A stretch of DNA of 64,000 nt from Octopus sinensis (lineage: Eukaryota): contig NW_021834786.1 of the NCBI RefSeq assembly GCF_006345805.1, positions 1 through 64,000 of the forward strand, in the 5' to 3' direction. The position numbers and the translations under genes were made by a program. The notes under the pieces are model-generated. The model ran no database searches. It was not told where the DNA came from and saw nothing but the letters and a program-made list of their open reading frames with translations. Of this stretch, positions 24,743-37,199 are shown in pieces (position 1 is the stretch's first letter; every line of letters starts with the position of its first letter).

Positions 24743-26259
24743 CAGACAAAGACAGAAACAGAGATAGAGAGGAGAAAGAGAAAGAACACCTTAAGCAAAT
24801 GTTTTCTACTATAACTCTGGGCCGATTAAACTAGAGACATAAGTTTTGAAATATGTGTGTCATTAATTTTTAAGTAATACAATCGGAATTATACGTAAAC
24901 TTTTCTATAAAAACATAAATAGATATCTATGAAGAAAGAAGATATGAGTATTTGGATTTTCAATGTCTTGAAAGAATTCTGAGTCTGAAATCATATCTTG
25001 AAACCAATATTGTTATATTTGAGAAGGGTTAAAGTTAAGACTATAAACACGATCACCGACTCTTAGTCGCCTGCATTACACCTGATTAATTATGTTTTTC
25101 CCAGTAATGACAATAGACAGAGATGCTCAAGATACGCAAGATACGCAAGATTATCCACCACTTTTCCAACAACTCTGGCCACCTTTTTGAATTGAATATC
25201 TTTATTACCCATGGACATCCTTATTTAATATAAAACAGCGCAGCATCTATGATGTTCGGAAAGATTTTTTTCACATTCAGAATTGTTGAAGCATAGCATT
25301 AACATCCGTGGCAGTTGTTATTTGTCAGCACACTTTCAAAACTTTCATCTTCCCAAAACTTGCCAGCACTATACTTAATGTAGATATACACTCTTTCTCA
25401 TTTATGTTTCTTTTAATTTTCTGTCTTGTGCTTTGTTCTCTATAATGTTCATGCACTTAATGCTATGTTCTAGCCAGATTCGAACCACCTTGCTTGGATT
25501 TCTACCAAAATACTACAGTTTACACATATAGCCATAAAAGGCACAACCAAACCCTTGAGAGAATAGAATCCCCATGTGAACGTTTACCGGTCAATCAGCA
25601 TTGTTGGCATGTATCGACTAACGGCGGCAAACATCAACGGATTATGAAAATTTCGTCCATTTGCAATTCGAAGTTTCTGGAATGTTGTGCTTAGGGTTAT
25701 ATAAAGTGACGATTTAAATTTTACGCCAGAATCTTTGTTCCACGAGATGAGCACTAACTTCCTGCGTATTCTTATGTAATACTTTGAAACGATATGTATT
25801 TTAATATCGACATTTAGCCATCTATCCAATTAATTAGTTTATTATCTTCTATTTCTATAATAATGATGAATACATACAACATAACAAATTTAAGAACGTT
25901 CTCTATATTTTTCATGTAATTGTTTTACATATAGAAATGCAGAAATATTCTATTATTTGTTTCAGTCATTTGACTGTAGCCATACTGGAGCATCGCCATT
26001 AATCGAACAATTTGACCCCGGGATTTGCTTGGGGCGGCTCCTGTTTGGTGCAAGTTAGCAAAGATCGTCACCACGCTAGACAAAATACTTAGCGGTATTT
26101 TGTGTGCCTTTACGTTATGAGTTCAAATTCTGCCGAGGTCGACTTTGCCTTTCACCCTTTCGGGGGTCGATAAATTAAGTACCAGTCAGATATTGGGGTG
26201 GATGTAATCGACTAATCCCTTCCCCCATGATTTCAGGCATTGTGCCTTTAGTAGACAGG

Positions 26260-26326
<67 letters not shown>

Positions 26327-26339
26327 CATTATTATTATT

Positions 26340-26374
<35 letters not shown>

Positions 26375-26463
26375 TTGTTAATAATGCTAATTTCATAATG
26401 CTTGTTACAAACAAAATAGCATAACTTTGTAATATTTCTTTTTTATGATTTTGTTTTTCGCAG

Positions 26464-26557
26464 ACATCTCACTGGATTTATAATTGCTGGACCTATTTTA
26501 GATATATTTGGCTATAGATGGAGTCTTACCCACATAGCATTTCTTATATTATTAACT
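26464..26557 (+). CDS. SLC18B1-like gene 1 exon (94 nt)
   Basis: tttttcgcag|...|gtaagt. HLTGFIIAGPILDIFGYRWSLTHIAFLILLT resembles AFMGPTLGGFLYEKIGFEWAAAIQGLWALIS; phase 2/0. Confidence 0.85.
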
Positions 26558-26614
26558 GTAAGTAGCTCTGTTGCTTCATTGGTATTTCATTCTTTCCTTG
26601 TCAAAAATGAAGGA

Positions 26615-26700
<86 letters not shown>

Positions 26701-27203
26701 GTATATATATATATTTTTTTTTTCTTCTTTGCGCCCTTTTAAAGCCTACCCAGGCGTATGTGTTCCCCAGCTGGACGGGAGGCCAGTCCATCGCAGCGTT
26801 TTCTCATTTTTGCTAACTGAGTGGACTGGAACAACGTGAAATGAAGTGTTTTGCTCAAGAATACAACGCGTCGCCCGGTCCAGGAATCGAAACCACAATC
26901 TTACGATCGTGATACTGACACACCCAAACTACTAAGCCACGCGCCTCCACGTATATATATATATATATAAATAGTACAAAGTAAGATAGGGGTTATGAAA
27001 GTAACCCACTATAGGATATCAGTTATCAGCTGTAAGGAGCAGTTTATTTGTATTATTTTAATTTTTATTATTATATTACATATTGATGTATATTGGTTTG
27101 TTCGATTTTGATGTTCCCATTTGTATAATTAATAAATAATGTGAAATTGTAATATCCGTAAGTTGATGATCGAAATGAATTTGTTTCACCATTTTCTTAT
27201 TTG

Positions 27204-27254
<51 letters not shown>

Positions 27255-27271
27255 GATAGATAGGTAGATAT

Positions 27272-27358
<87 letters not shown>

Positions 27359-27639
27359 TTACGGAGATGTACTTGCATAGCGAGTGACTTGATCTGAGAT
27401 CGTGTGCTGGAACGAAAACAATTGCAGCGTGGAAGGTGTTTATAAGCCATTTAAGAAACACACAAATGTTGAAGTGAATCTAACGGTTTTATGTGTTTCT
27501 TAAATGGCTTATAACACCTTCCACGCCGCAGTTGTATATATATACACACACAAATATATGTATATATGGTTCCAGTACAGTTCCCTGAGGGATTCGGTTG
27601 AGAATTGATGTCTTCTCATTTGCTCTGACTTCTACTTCC

Positions 27640-28045
27640 TAAAACGTTATGCAGTCAATCACCTAGTTTTTCAGTGATACCAAGGTCACACAGTTTGTGA
27701 TATATCCCATGATCATCTTTGTCGGAGGCCTTAGCAAAGTTGAGATATATCATTTCTACGTTTGAACGGCTGAGCTGTTTCTTCATTACCCAGTCGAAAT
27801 GCTGTAGTAGCTGTGTGAGGCAGCTCCTTCCCGAATGGAAGCCATGTTCCGTGTTTGTGAGCAAGATATGTTCCTCTAGGAACACAATAAGCCTCCTTCT
27901 GACAATGAGTTCCATGACTTTACTAACATATGAAGTTAGAGAGGATAAGCCTGTAATTTTTAGTATCTGCTCTTCTTCCTCCTTTGTGAACAAGGCATAT
28001 ATATCTTCTTTTAACATTTTGGGAGGCCCGCTCCAGCAAGGAAGC
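27640..28045 (-). mobile_element. CR1-clade LINE RT fragment
   Basis: LTSYVSKVMELIV..HGFHSGRSCLTQLL..IYLNFAKASDKDDHG. A CR1-like 3' fragment also lies at ~53920-54135 (-). Confidence 0.85.
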
Positions 28046-28065
28046 CATTATTATTATTATTATTA

Positions 28066-28150
<85 letters not shown>

Positions 28151-28428
28151 TATATATTTATTATTATTATTTATTATTATTATATTATTATTATTTATAT
28201 ATTTATTATTATTATTATTATTATTTATATATTTATTCATTTATTTTTGCGTTCAGAGTTCCATTTTGCAGAAACTAACTTTGCGTTTCACACTTCAGGA
28301 GAAATATAATTTGTAAAAATTTTATCCACTGAGACGGTCGTGCGATACGCCTCGAAGTGTTTACAAGATATCAAAAATATAAACAGAAGACACATATACA
28401 ATCTAACTCGGATATTTGTACCTTGTAA

Positions 28429-28479
<51 letters not shown>

Positions 28480-28879
28480 GAAAAATGACAATTTCACATA
28501 CACATACATTTGTAAACACAGACGTTTGTGACTGGCAAAACTTTCACAATACAGAGGATTAAATAACACGATGGCTACAAAAAGTGTGCTGTTCGTGATG
28601 ATACAAACATGAACTCATTGTGATCTGTACAGCATAGTATGAGCATAAAGTGAGTCCTGAATTTAGTTTTCTGGCATATTCTATCCAGGATTAGTTTATC
28701 CAAAATATTTACGATAGGTTATTATTTGAAGATTTAGTTACTGGTTATATTAGGTCAACGATTGCATAGAGGCATCCTCCTCCTCCTTTTTCATTTATGT
28801 TGCTACTGATTTAACAATGTTATGATCATGAAAATGATGTCTCTGATGATGATGTCGCTGTGATTTGTTTCTTTTACAG

Positions 28880-29014
28880 ACTTTACTTTTGACATGTCAG
28901 ATATTGTCAAAATATTTACCAAAGATTGAAGATTTTAGAAAACTATGGAACAACAAAGACGAAGGAAAACATCTTCTGAATTCCAATAAACACCAACTTC
29001 ATGACCGTCCCTGA
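28880..29014 (+). CDS. SLC18B1-like gene 1 terminal coding exon (copy 1)
   Basis: cttttacag| TLLLTCQILSKYLPKIEDFRKLWNNKDEGKHLLNSNKHQLHDRP* in phase 0; the tail EGKHLL resembles the EERTTLL tail of SLC18B1. Confidence 0.75.
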   Translation, partial: TLLLTCQILSKYLPKIEDFRKLWNNKDEGKHLLNSNKHQLHDRP

Positions 29015-29532
29015 ACGTCAAAAACTAAACAATTTTCCATTGACGTCGTAGTGGAAATCTACAGCTGCCCACGCAAATTCTTATTGCTTTTATTATTATT
29101 AGTTAAAAGGTTGCTGGGCTGGTAAAAGCTGTAAAGCGTTGGGAAAAATGCCTTGCGTTAATTGTTCCGTTTCTATATATTTTGAGATCAAACACTTCCG
29201 AGGTTAACTTTGGCTTTCATTCCTCCGAAGCAAATAAGATAATGTACAAATCAAGCTCTGGGTTAGATTAAATTGACAGATCTCTTCCTGTAAATCTTCA
29301 GGTTCTTTGCCTATATTAGAAACAATTATTGTTATTGGTTGAAAGGCAAAGCACAGGACACTAACTTGTGGAATTTGTTCTGTTACTTTACATTCTCATT
29401 TCAAATCCTCTCATGGGCAACTTTGCCTTTCATCTCTCTAGGATTAATAAAATAAAGTACCAATCAACTGTGTGGTCAATTTAGTAGATTAAACTTTTTT
29501 TCCAGAGTTTTGGCTTTGTACCTAATTAAAAA

Positions 29533-29626
<94 letters not shown>

Positions 29627-29929
29627 TATTATTATTATTATTATTATATTATTATATTATTATTATTATTATATATTTATTATTATTATTATATATTTAT
29701 TATTATTATATTATTATTATTTATATATTTATTCATTTATTTTTGCGTTCAGAGTTCCATTTTGCAGAAACTAACTTTGCGTTTCACACTTCAGGAGAAA
29801 TATAATTTGTAAAAATTTTATCCACTGAGACGGTCGTGCAATACGCCTCGAAGTGTTTACAAGATATCAAAAATATAAACAGAAGACACATATACAATCT
29901 AACTCGGATATTTGTACCTTGTAAATATG

Positions 29930-29986
<57 letters not shown>

Positions 29987-30386
29987 GAAAAATGACAATT
30001 TCACATACACATACATTTGTAAACACAGACGTTTGTGACTGGCAAAACTTTCACAATACAGAGGATTAAATAACACGATGGCTACAAAAAGTGTGCTGTT
30101 CGTGATGATACAAACATGAACTCATTGTGATCTGTACAGCATAGTATGAGCATAAAGTGAGTCCTGAAGTTAGTTTTCTGGCATATTCTATCCAGGATTA
30201 GTTTATCCAAAATATTTACGATAGGTTATTATTTGAAGATTTAGTTACTGGTTATATTAGGTCAACGATTGCATAGAGGCATCCTCCTCCTCCTTTTTCA
30301 TTTATGTTGCTACTGATTTAACAATGTTATGATCATGAAAATGATGTCTCTGATGATGATGTCGCTGTGATTTGTTTCTTTTACAG

Positions 30387-30521
30387 ACTTTACTTTTGAC
30401 ATGTCAGATATTGTCAAAATATTTACCAAAGATTGAAGATTTTAGAAAACTATGGAACAACAAAGACGAAGGAAAACATCTTCTGAATTCCAATAAACAC
30501 CAACTTCATGACCGTCCCTGA
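30387..30521 (+). CDS. Duplicate of gene 1 terminal coding exon (copy 2)
   Basis: Same acceptor and coding sequence as 28880-29014, offset 1507 nt, inside the tandem duplication. Confidence 0.6.
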   Translation, partial: TLLLTCQILSKYLPKIEDFRKLWNNKDEGKHLLNSNKHQLHDRP

Positions 30522-31039
30522 ACGTCAAAAACTAAACAATTTTCCATTGACGTCGTAGTGGAAATCTACAGCTGCCCACGCAAATTCTTATTGCTTTTAT
30601 TATTATTAGTTAAAAGGTTGCTGGGCTGGTAAAAGCTGTAAAGCGTTGGGAAAAATGCCTTGCGTTAATTGTTCCGTTTCTATATATTTTGAGATCAAAC
30701 ACTTCCGAGGTTAACTTTGGCTTTCATTCCTCCGAAGCAAATAAGATAATGTACAAATCAAGCTCTGGGTTAGATTAAATTGACAGATCTCTTCCTGTAA
30801 ATCTTCAGGTTCTTTGCCTATATTAGAAACAATTATTGTTATTGGTTGAAAGGCAAAGCACAGGACACTAACTTGTGGAATTTGTTCTGTTACTTTACAT
30901 TCTCATTTCAAATCCTCTCATGGGCAACTTTGCCTTTCATCTCTCTAGGATTAATAAAATAAAGTACCAATCAACTGTGTGGTCAATTTAGTAGATTAAA
31001 CTTTTTTTCCAGAGTTTTGGCTTTGTACCTAATTAAAAA

Positions 31040-31071
<32 letters not shown>

Positions 31072-31600
31072 GTGAGAGAGCAGTGCATGCCATCAAAGTG
31101 ACACTGGGGTAAAATATACGAAGCCCAATATACCCATCATGACTACCCGTCTGATAAAGGTACACCAGGCACATGCATCACAACCATATGTGCGCGACAT
31201 GGTGATCTCATATCAAGATAAACAGCACATGACCTTGCAGGTGGGGCTCAGTTAGAATTTTCTTCAGGTTGAGTAGCCCATCCCGCTCAAAGGTCCCTGA
31301 ATAAGGGTTGTTTAAGGATGTTGAAAGAACCACCCATGTTTCCAGAGGTGAATTATTCAAACCCCAAAGAATCCCTCTCAACACATGGCTATGATGCTCC
31401 CCCACTACTTCTGCTCGTGATCAGAGATGCACATATCGTCAGCCACTAAGGGACATGCTCAACTGGTTAAGGTCAAATAACTGACCAGCAAATCTGTGGT
31501 ATTGAGCAGAATATTTGCTGTAGCCCATCTTTTATACCAAGACAAAACAATGTACATGATAACACTTCTAATCAGTTAAGATCAGAAGCCATGAGAGCCA
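31072..31600 (-). mobile_element. Second copy of the ~555-bp (TAA)n-embedded element, slightly 5'-truncated
   Basis: Reverse complement of ~5825-6353. Confidence 0.85.
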
Positions 31601-31639
31601 TTATTATTATTATTATTATTATTATCATTATTATTATAT

Positions 31640-33105
31640 GGAAACTCACAGCTTATTTCGATGAGTATGATTGAAAGTGTCTTTTGTCTACAGCCAGCAG
31701 ACTAAGGTGACACTTGTTTATTGGTCATGCTTCAAGAATCCTACGAGGAATTCTTGCAGTTCCAAACAATGCTGATTTTTGTAGGTATTCTACCTTCACA
31801 CTTACATCAGTCTTTTTCATCCATGTTGGTAGTTGAGAGCTGATACTTCCAAGTGCACCAATTACAACTGGCATCATGCCTACTCTCTTCATTGACCACA
31901 AACTTCGTATTTCCCACTTCAATTCGTCATAGTTTTTTTATTTTCTCTTCATCATCCACATTGGTCATGTTGTCACCGGGGCATGCTATGTTGATTATCA
32001 TACATGTTCTTTCTGTTTTATTCACCACAACAATGTCCGGTTTCCGATGTCTGGCCGGCTGATCTCACTGGATTATTGCATCCGACAAGATTTTGCAATT
32101 CTCATTTTTGGTGACTCCTTCTGGAGTTTGCTCATACTGTGTCTTTGCTCTCTGAAAACCGTGATTGCTACAGGGCTCCCAATGGATCATTCTTATCACA
32201 TTGTCATGGCGTCTTTTGTATTCACGTTGTGCCAATTTCTGCATTCGCTAACAATGTGCTATACTATTTCACCTCTCTCACCATACATTCTGCATTTTTC
32301 GCTACTGGTAGTGTTGTCTATTCTGCACTTCATATAATTGGACCTTAACGCTTGTTCCTCAGCTGCGCATATGAGTGCTTCTGTCTCTATCTTCAGGTTA
32401 CTCTTCCACATCCATAGCCACTGGTTCTCTGTATCTGTCTTGGCGTTCACATATCTTGAAAATTGACCGTACATTTTCTCCGCATTCCCTGCTCTTTCTT
32501 TTTTTCATTTCTTGTTTAAATTTTTCTTTAGTTGCACAATTTTCAGTTTTGATGATGCCGACCTTCTCCGTGTGTTTCAACAGTGGCTCCACGGCATTTT
32601 TTATACCACCTTAAGCTGTTTTCCTCTGCTTCGATAAGTCCTGTTAACTGATCAAACATCTCCCAACTTTTCTTCTGGACAAGTACAGCCTATCGGTGTC
32701 ACTCTTAGCATGGAAGGCTCCGTTTACTGTTAACATTTTTCTAGTCATGGTATCCATTTTCTTCACTTGTCTCTTTTCCCATTTTATAACTCCCACTCCT
32801 TACCGCAGTAATGCCATCGCCCACGTATTAACTGTTTGGATTTTATTCCAACCAGTCAATTCTGAGCGCCACACCAACCTCAGTCTTCGGAAGTATTCCT
32901 TCCTCAGTTGCCCTTTCATTCACTTTCCCATTATCTCGTTGAAATCTAGTACACCAAGGTATTTGTATCCTTCCGTTTCAATTTGTTTAATCAAGTCTCT
33001 ATTCGGTAATTCTATCCCTGATAGGGACTATACCTTGCCACGTTTCAGGTAGATTATTGCGCACATCTTGAATCCAAATTCCATTCTAGTATCAGTACTA
33101 AAGTA
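31640..33105 (-). mobile_element. R4/Dong-clade non-LTR retrotransposon, 5'-truncated and decayed
   Basis: FSTDTRMEFGFKMCA, YKYLGV, TEALICAAEEQAL..KCRM, PVVIGALGSI..LQKSALFGTARI; 3'UTR and (TAA)n tail. Confidence 0.85.
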
Positions 33106-33109
33106 CTAA

Positions 33110-34640
33110 AACAGTAGACCGTGCTCACCGAGGAACTCGCTTATGTCTTATTTGTGCCATACAGATTCAAATTGTGACGGACGCCTCCAGGTGAGAAGTG
33201 GGCTGGTCCACTACTAAAAAATTGTGGGCAGGCTCAATAGGTAATGTCAGACAGCGAAGGTACGCGAATAGTGTCGTACGAGCGGCAAGTTCATTTGAAC
33301 GAGAAGTCATGTTTTCTTAGTTTTCCTTTTCAAAGGTATTGTTGAAGTGTTGTTGTTTGAATTGTTTGCCTTGTTAAACTGTTGCTTGCTTGGCAGATGT
33401 TGTTTTCGAACTTGTGTTCTTTCCCCCTACGCGGGGAAGATTCTAATATTTACTATAATTGTGAATTATGGTCTGTTAGCATCTATGCCAACTAGCACAG
33501 AATGGGAGAATTCTCAAAGCTGCAAGTCGAGATGCTGATCAGAAAGGGGGAATATTGTAAGTGACTTTAGAAAGGGGAATATCGTAAGTAAATTTAGGCC
33601 CATAACTCTGCTAAACTCAAACTTAAAGATTTTGGCCACGGTGCTAGCAAAGACGTTGGCGCGGATCGTGGAAGGCCTTGTTGGGGAAGCTCAGACTTGC
33701 GCTAACTCAGGCAGGTCGATACCTGACAATCTTCACCTCATACGCTACTCCTTAGAGAGGGTGGGTAAAATCTCTGGCAAAGGTGGGGCACTGGTACATT
33801 TAGACCAGTCTAAAGCATTTGATAGGATCGACCATCGGTACCTGGCCGCGGTTCTCGGGGCTGCCGGGCTAGGCCTGACTTTCTGTGGCTGAATCGCTGC
33901 TTTGTACAGTAACGTCGAGTCTATCGTTCAATACTGAGCGCCCAGTTCGCCAGCGAGGTATGTCCCCTGATTCCACTTTTGTATATGCTGGTCCTTGAGC
34001 AATTACTGCAAAGGATGGAGGCGGTAGGGTGCGTTTCGCATGATCTATGGGGCGGAAGAGCAGCTACCGCGTACGCGGATGACACACCATCATCGTGTAC
34101 GATGAAGGGCAGCTACCTAGTGTAGAAAATGCTATCAAAAGATACGAAACGGTGGCAGAAGCAGTAATTAAGCAGGTCAAGTCAGTCGAACTGAAACTCA
34201 GCACCTGCAGGGGAAAGTCGATGCTGCCCAATTACGTCGTGGGATGTTAGACGGAAGGTCCGATTAAGGGTTGTGGTTCGGTCCAGAACTACAGATAGAG
34301 AAGAATTGGAGCGAGGTTACAGGCAGGGTAACTGTACCGACCTGGACTTGGTCTAGAAGGGCGTTATCTCTGCTAGGAAAGGTGGAGGTGGCGCAGATGC
34401 TTATAGCTTCTGTTATCACCTACCTCCTGACTCTTGTGCCTTGTCCCGATTTGTGACTGAAGAGGCAGGAACGACTCCTATTCCACTTTTTGTGGAAGAG
34501 AAGAGGAGCACTTGTAAGGCGTTCTGTCTGCTACTAAAACCTTTAAAGGGTGGCCTAGAGATGTCGTGGTTGAGGATGCGCATGTTCGCGCTAAGGCTTA
34601 AGCACCTCTGGCTCTACCTGGATGGTGAGCAGGTGTGGGT
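33110..34640 (+). mobile_element. Decayed Tx1/L1-clade RT fragment with upstream UTR-like segment
   Basis: FRPITLLNSNLKILA..QTC..GRSIPDNLHLIR..LDQSKAFDRIDH, AYADD, then KPLKGGLEM..FALRLKHLW, the same family as 1838-2083. RT starts at ~33520. Confidence 0.85.
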
Positions 34641-35419
34641 CACCGCACGTGAGGTTGGTATAGTTACAAGATATTATTTTATTCTTTTACTGACTTCAGT
34701 AATTAGATTGTGACAAGGCTGAGGTACAAATTTGAAGGATTTTAGTCGATATCATGGACATAGGTATTTATTTTAGTCTGAGGTGTACCATTGATATAAA
34801 TTTGTTGAATCATTCACTAAGTTACACTTTTCTTTATACAACTCTGGTTCTGATAACTGGTGCTGTGACAAACACTCACTTGAACACAAATACACAAGAT
34901 ACACGTATACACGCATGGTGAGCTTGATGAGATGTCTAATTGACCAAATTACTCTCACAAAGCATTTGAGGTTAAAATTTATCAAAAGTTCTGTGCAGTG
35001 GAATTGAACCTGAAACTACTTGAGAATGAAGCAATCTTTTTTACCATATAGTCATGCCTGGTAATGGAGGTCTGTTATTGTTTCACTTGTATCAATAGTG
35101 AAAATCATTATTATAACTACTTTGTTCAATTCATTCATTCAATTTAAAACATGAATTACACTGGCTGAATTGGAAGCCTTTTCACATTAAATTTTTTTAA
35201 TATCATATATTTAAAAGTTAAATGTGGAAAGAAAAATGTTGTACATAAACATTATCACACTCGCATGCACAAAATATAAAAAGAGAAAATTGCTGGGTAT
35301 AATGTATTTGAGCATGATGTTTTTACCTTGGAGAAGGATGACATTCCCCATTTGTGTATAATAAATCCATCTGCCCAGCTTTAATCACTTGATAATTTGC
35401 AACTTACTTCTAGAAACCA

Positions 35420-35830
35420 ACTAAAATCATTTGATTTTCTACAAACAAGTGAACACACAGGATTTCATACTCATGGGGAAATGGAAGAGGCTGATAGTTG
35501 TAAATGCTAAATCTTTCTCTGGAGATGGCTTAGTAACTAGTGACTTCAGAGTAAGAGCTGTGTCAACTCAGAGACACAAGACAAGTTGGAGACGAAAGAT
35601 ATTGAAACCTGAAGAACTGTTGAATAAGCAAAAATTCAGAGAAACTCAAGTTGGAAAATTTCACAAAAAATGAGGATGTGATGGAGACATAACATAGAGG
35701 AAAACTGGAAGTTCTTATAGAACAACATGTTGCAAGCCATAGACAAGACAAAATTCCACCCAGACAAAAGGTGACATGGAGGTGGAAGATTCTGGGTATT
35801 ACTGCTGTTGAGGGGGGCACTACAGGCTTG
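35420..35830 (+). mobile_element. Decayed RTE-like endonuclease/linker fragment
   Basis: AKSFSGD..TQRHKTSWRRKILKPEELLNKQKFRE resembles the RTE APE C-terminal region. Confidence 0.45.
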
Positions 35831-36489
35831 ATCAGAGTATGATAGTTGCTGTTTCTCACTGTATGTACGCAAACATCTTTACATACACAGATCTTGAAAG
35901 AAAAGGTTCAAATCCTTTTTGATATAAAGAGTTTAAGTTAAAATAAACTGTAGGTTTTCAAGGCTTATAGTAAATAGTGTTGTTTAAATTCTGCTGTGAG
36001 GTGTTCAATATTTTTAGTTAGTAGATTGTAAATCTATTTATGTGTTACTTTCTCAAAGTTTTGTATATACATAGACATTTCTAAAGTAAATAGACACTAT
36101 CATATTTGAAAGATTTATTTCTCAAAACAAACTAATGTCATTTGATGCTTTTAAATAATTAATCAAATATTTGGTAGACATGATTTATGCAGTTTTTTAA
36201 AATTATTTAACGATTTGGGGGATTGTACTTATGAGTAATATCCACACTGTTAAAATGTTATAATGTGTGTAGTCTAATTACTTCTGAGATGTCTGTGCAT
36301 ATTTTTTTTGCTTGGACTGAGCAAGAGGAGATAGTATTTATAGGATGATGTAGTTAGGCCATACATCATGTAACTCCCCCCCCTTTGCCCATGGGTTGGG
36401 AACCCTTCCAGTAAAGAAAATTGAACGCCCAAAAGGGCCCCCGACCCTCTGTGTGAGAAGCGGTTATGTTCAGATCACAACTAAGTATA

Positions 36490-36588
36490 TATGGGCAACA
36501 CACACAAACATATACGTACATACACCTATTTTCGAAACATTGTTTACAAAATAATAGCTGATCGTTTGCGAAGAAGCTTGTTTCGGGC

Positions 36589-36639
<51 letters not shown>

Positions 36640-36662
36640 ACACACACAGAGACACACACACA

Positions 36663-36722
<60 letters not shown>

Positions 36723-36832
36723 ATCATATACGTACACACACCTATTTTCGAAACATTGTTTACAAAATGCAAGTTTCGAAACATTGTTTACAAAATAATA
36801 GCTGATCGTTTGTGGAGGAGCGTGTATCGGGC

Positions 36833-36880
<48 letters not shown>

Positions 36881-37000
36881 TATACGTACATACACCTATT
36901 TTCGAAACATTGTTTACAAGATGCAAGTTTCGAAATATTGTTTACAAAATAATAGCTGATCGTTTGCGAAAGAGCGTGTCTCGGGCAACACACACACACT
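36490..37000. repeat. Minisatellite with embedded (CA)n
   Basis: CATATACGTACATACACCTATTTTCGAAACATTGTTTACAAAATAATAGCTGATCGTTTG..CGGGCAA(CA)n repeated 3-4 times. Confidence 0.85.
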
Positions 37001-37199
37001 CACACACATTGCATACATGTGTTTTGTACGCATACATGTTCGTGTGTGTGTGTGTGTGACAGAAGCCATTCACACATACATACATAACAACCCCTATATG
37101 TCTGTTTTTGCCTCTCAGCCACTCATTAAAAGGACGAAATTTTAAAAATCTGTTTTCTCTCTCTCTTTAAAATCAACACTCAATCTTTCAAAAGCTTGA

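Larger units (their letters stand above)
28047..31070 (+). repeat. ~1.5-kb tandem duplication bounded by (TTA)n arrays
   Basis: Unique parts ~28230-29533 and ~29730-31040 are near-identical. I saw two substitutions (cgtgcGata/cgtgcAata, gaaTttag/gaaGttag) plus microsatellite length changes. Confidence 0.95.

Noticed and set aside
24184-25031. piggyBac-like MITE (TTAACCC..GGGTTAA)
   Set aside because: Only 7 terminal bases match and there is no further TIR similarity.
36490-37000. Repeat-spacer pattern resembling CRISPR
   Set aside because: The spacers are (CA)n microsatellites, the context is eukaryotic and no cas genes are present.
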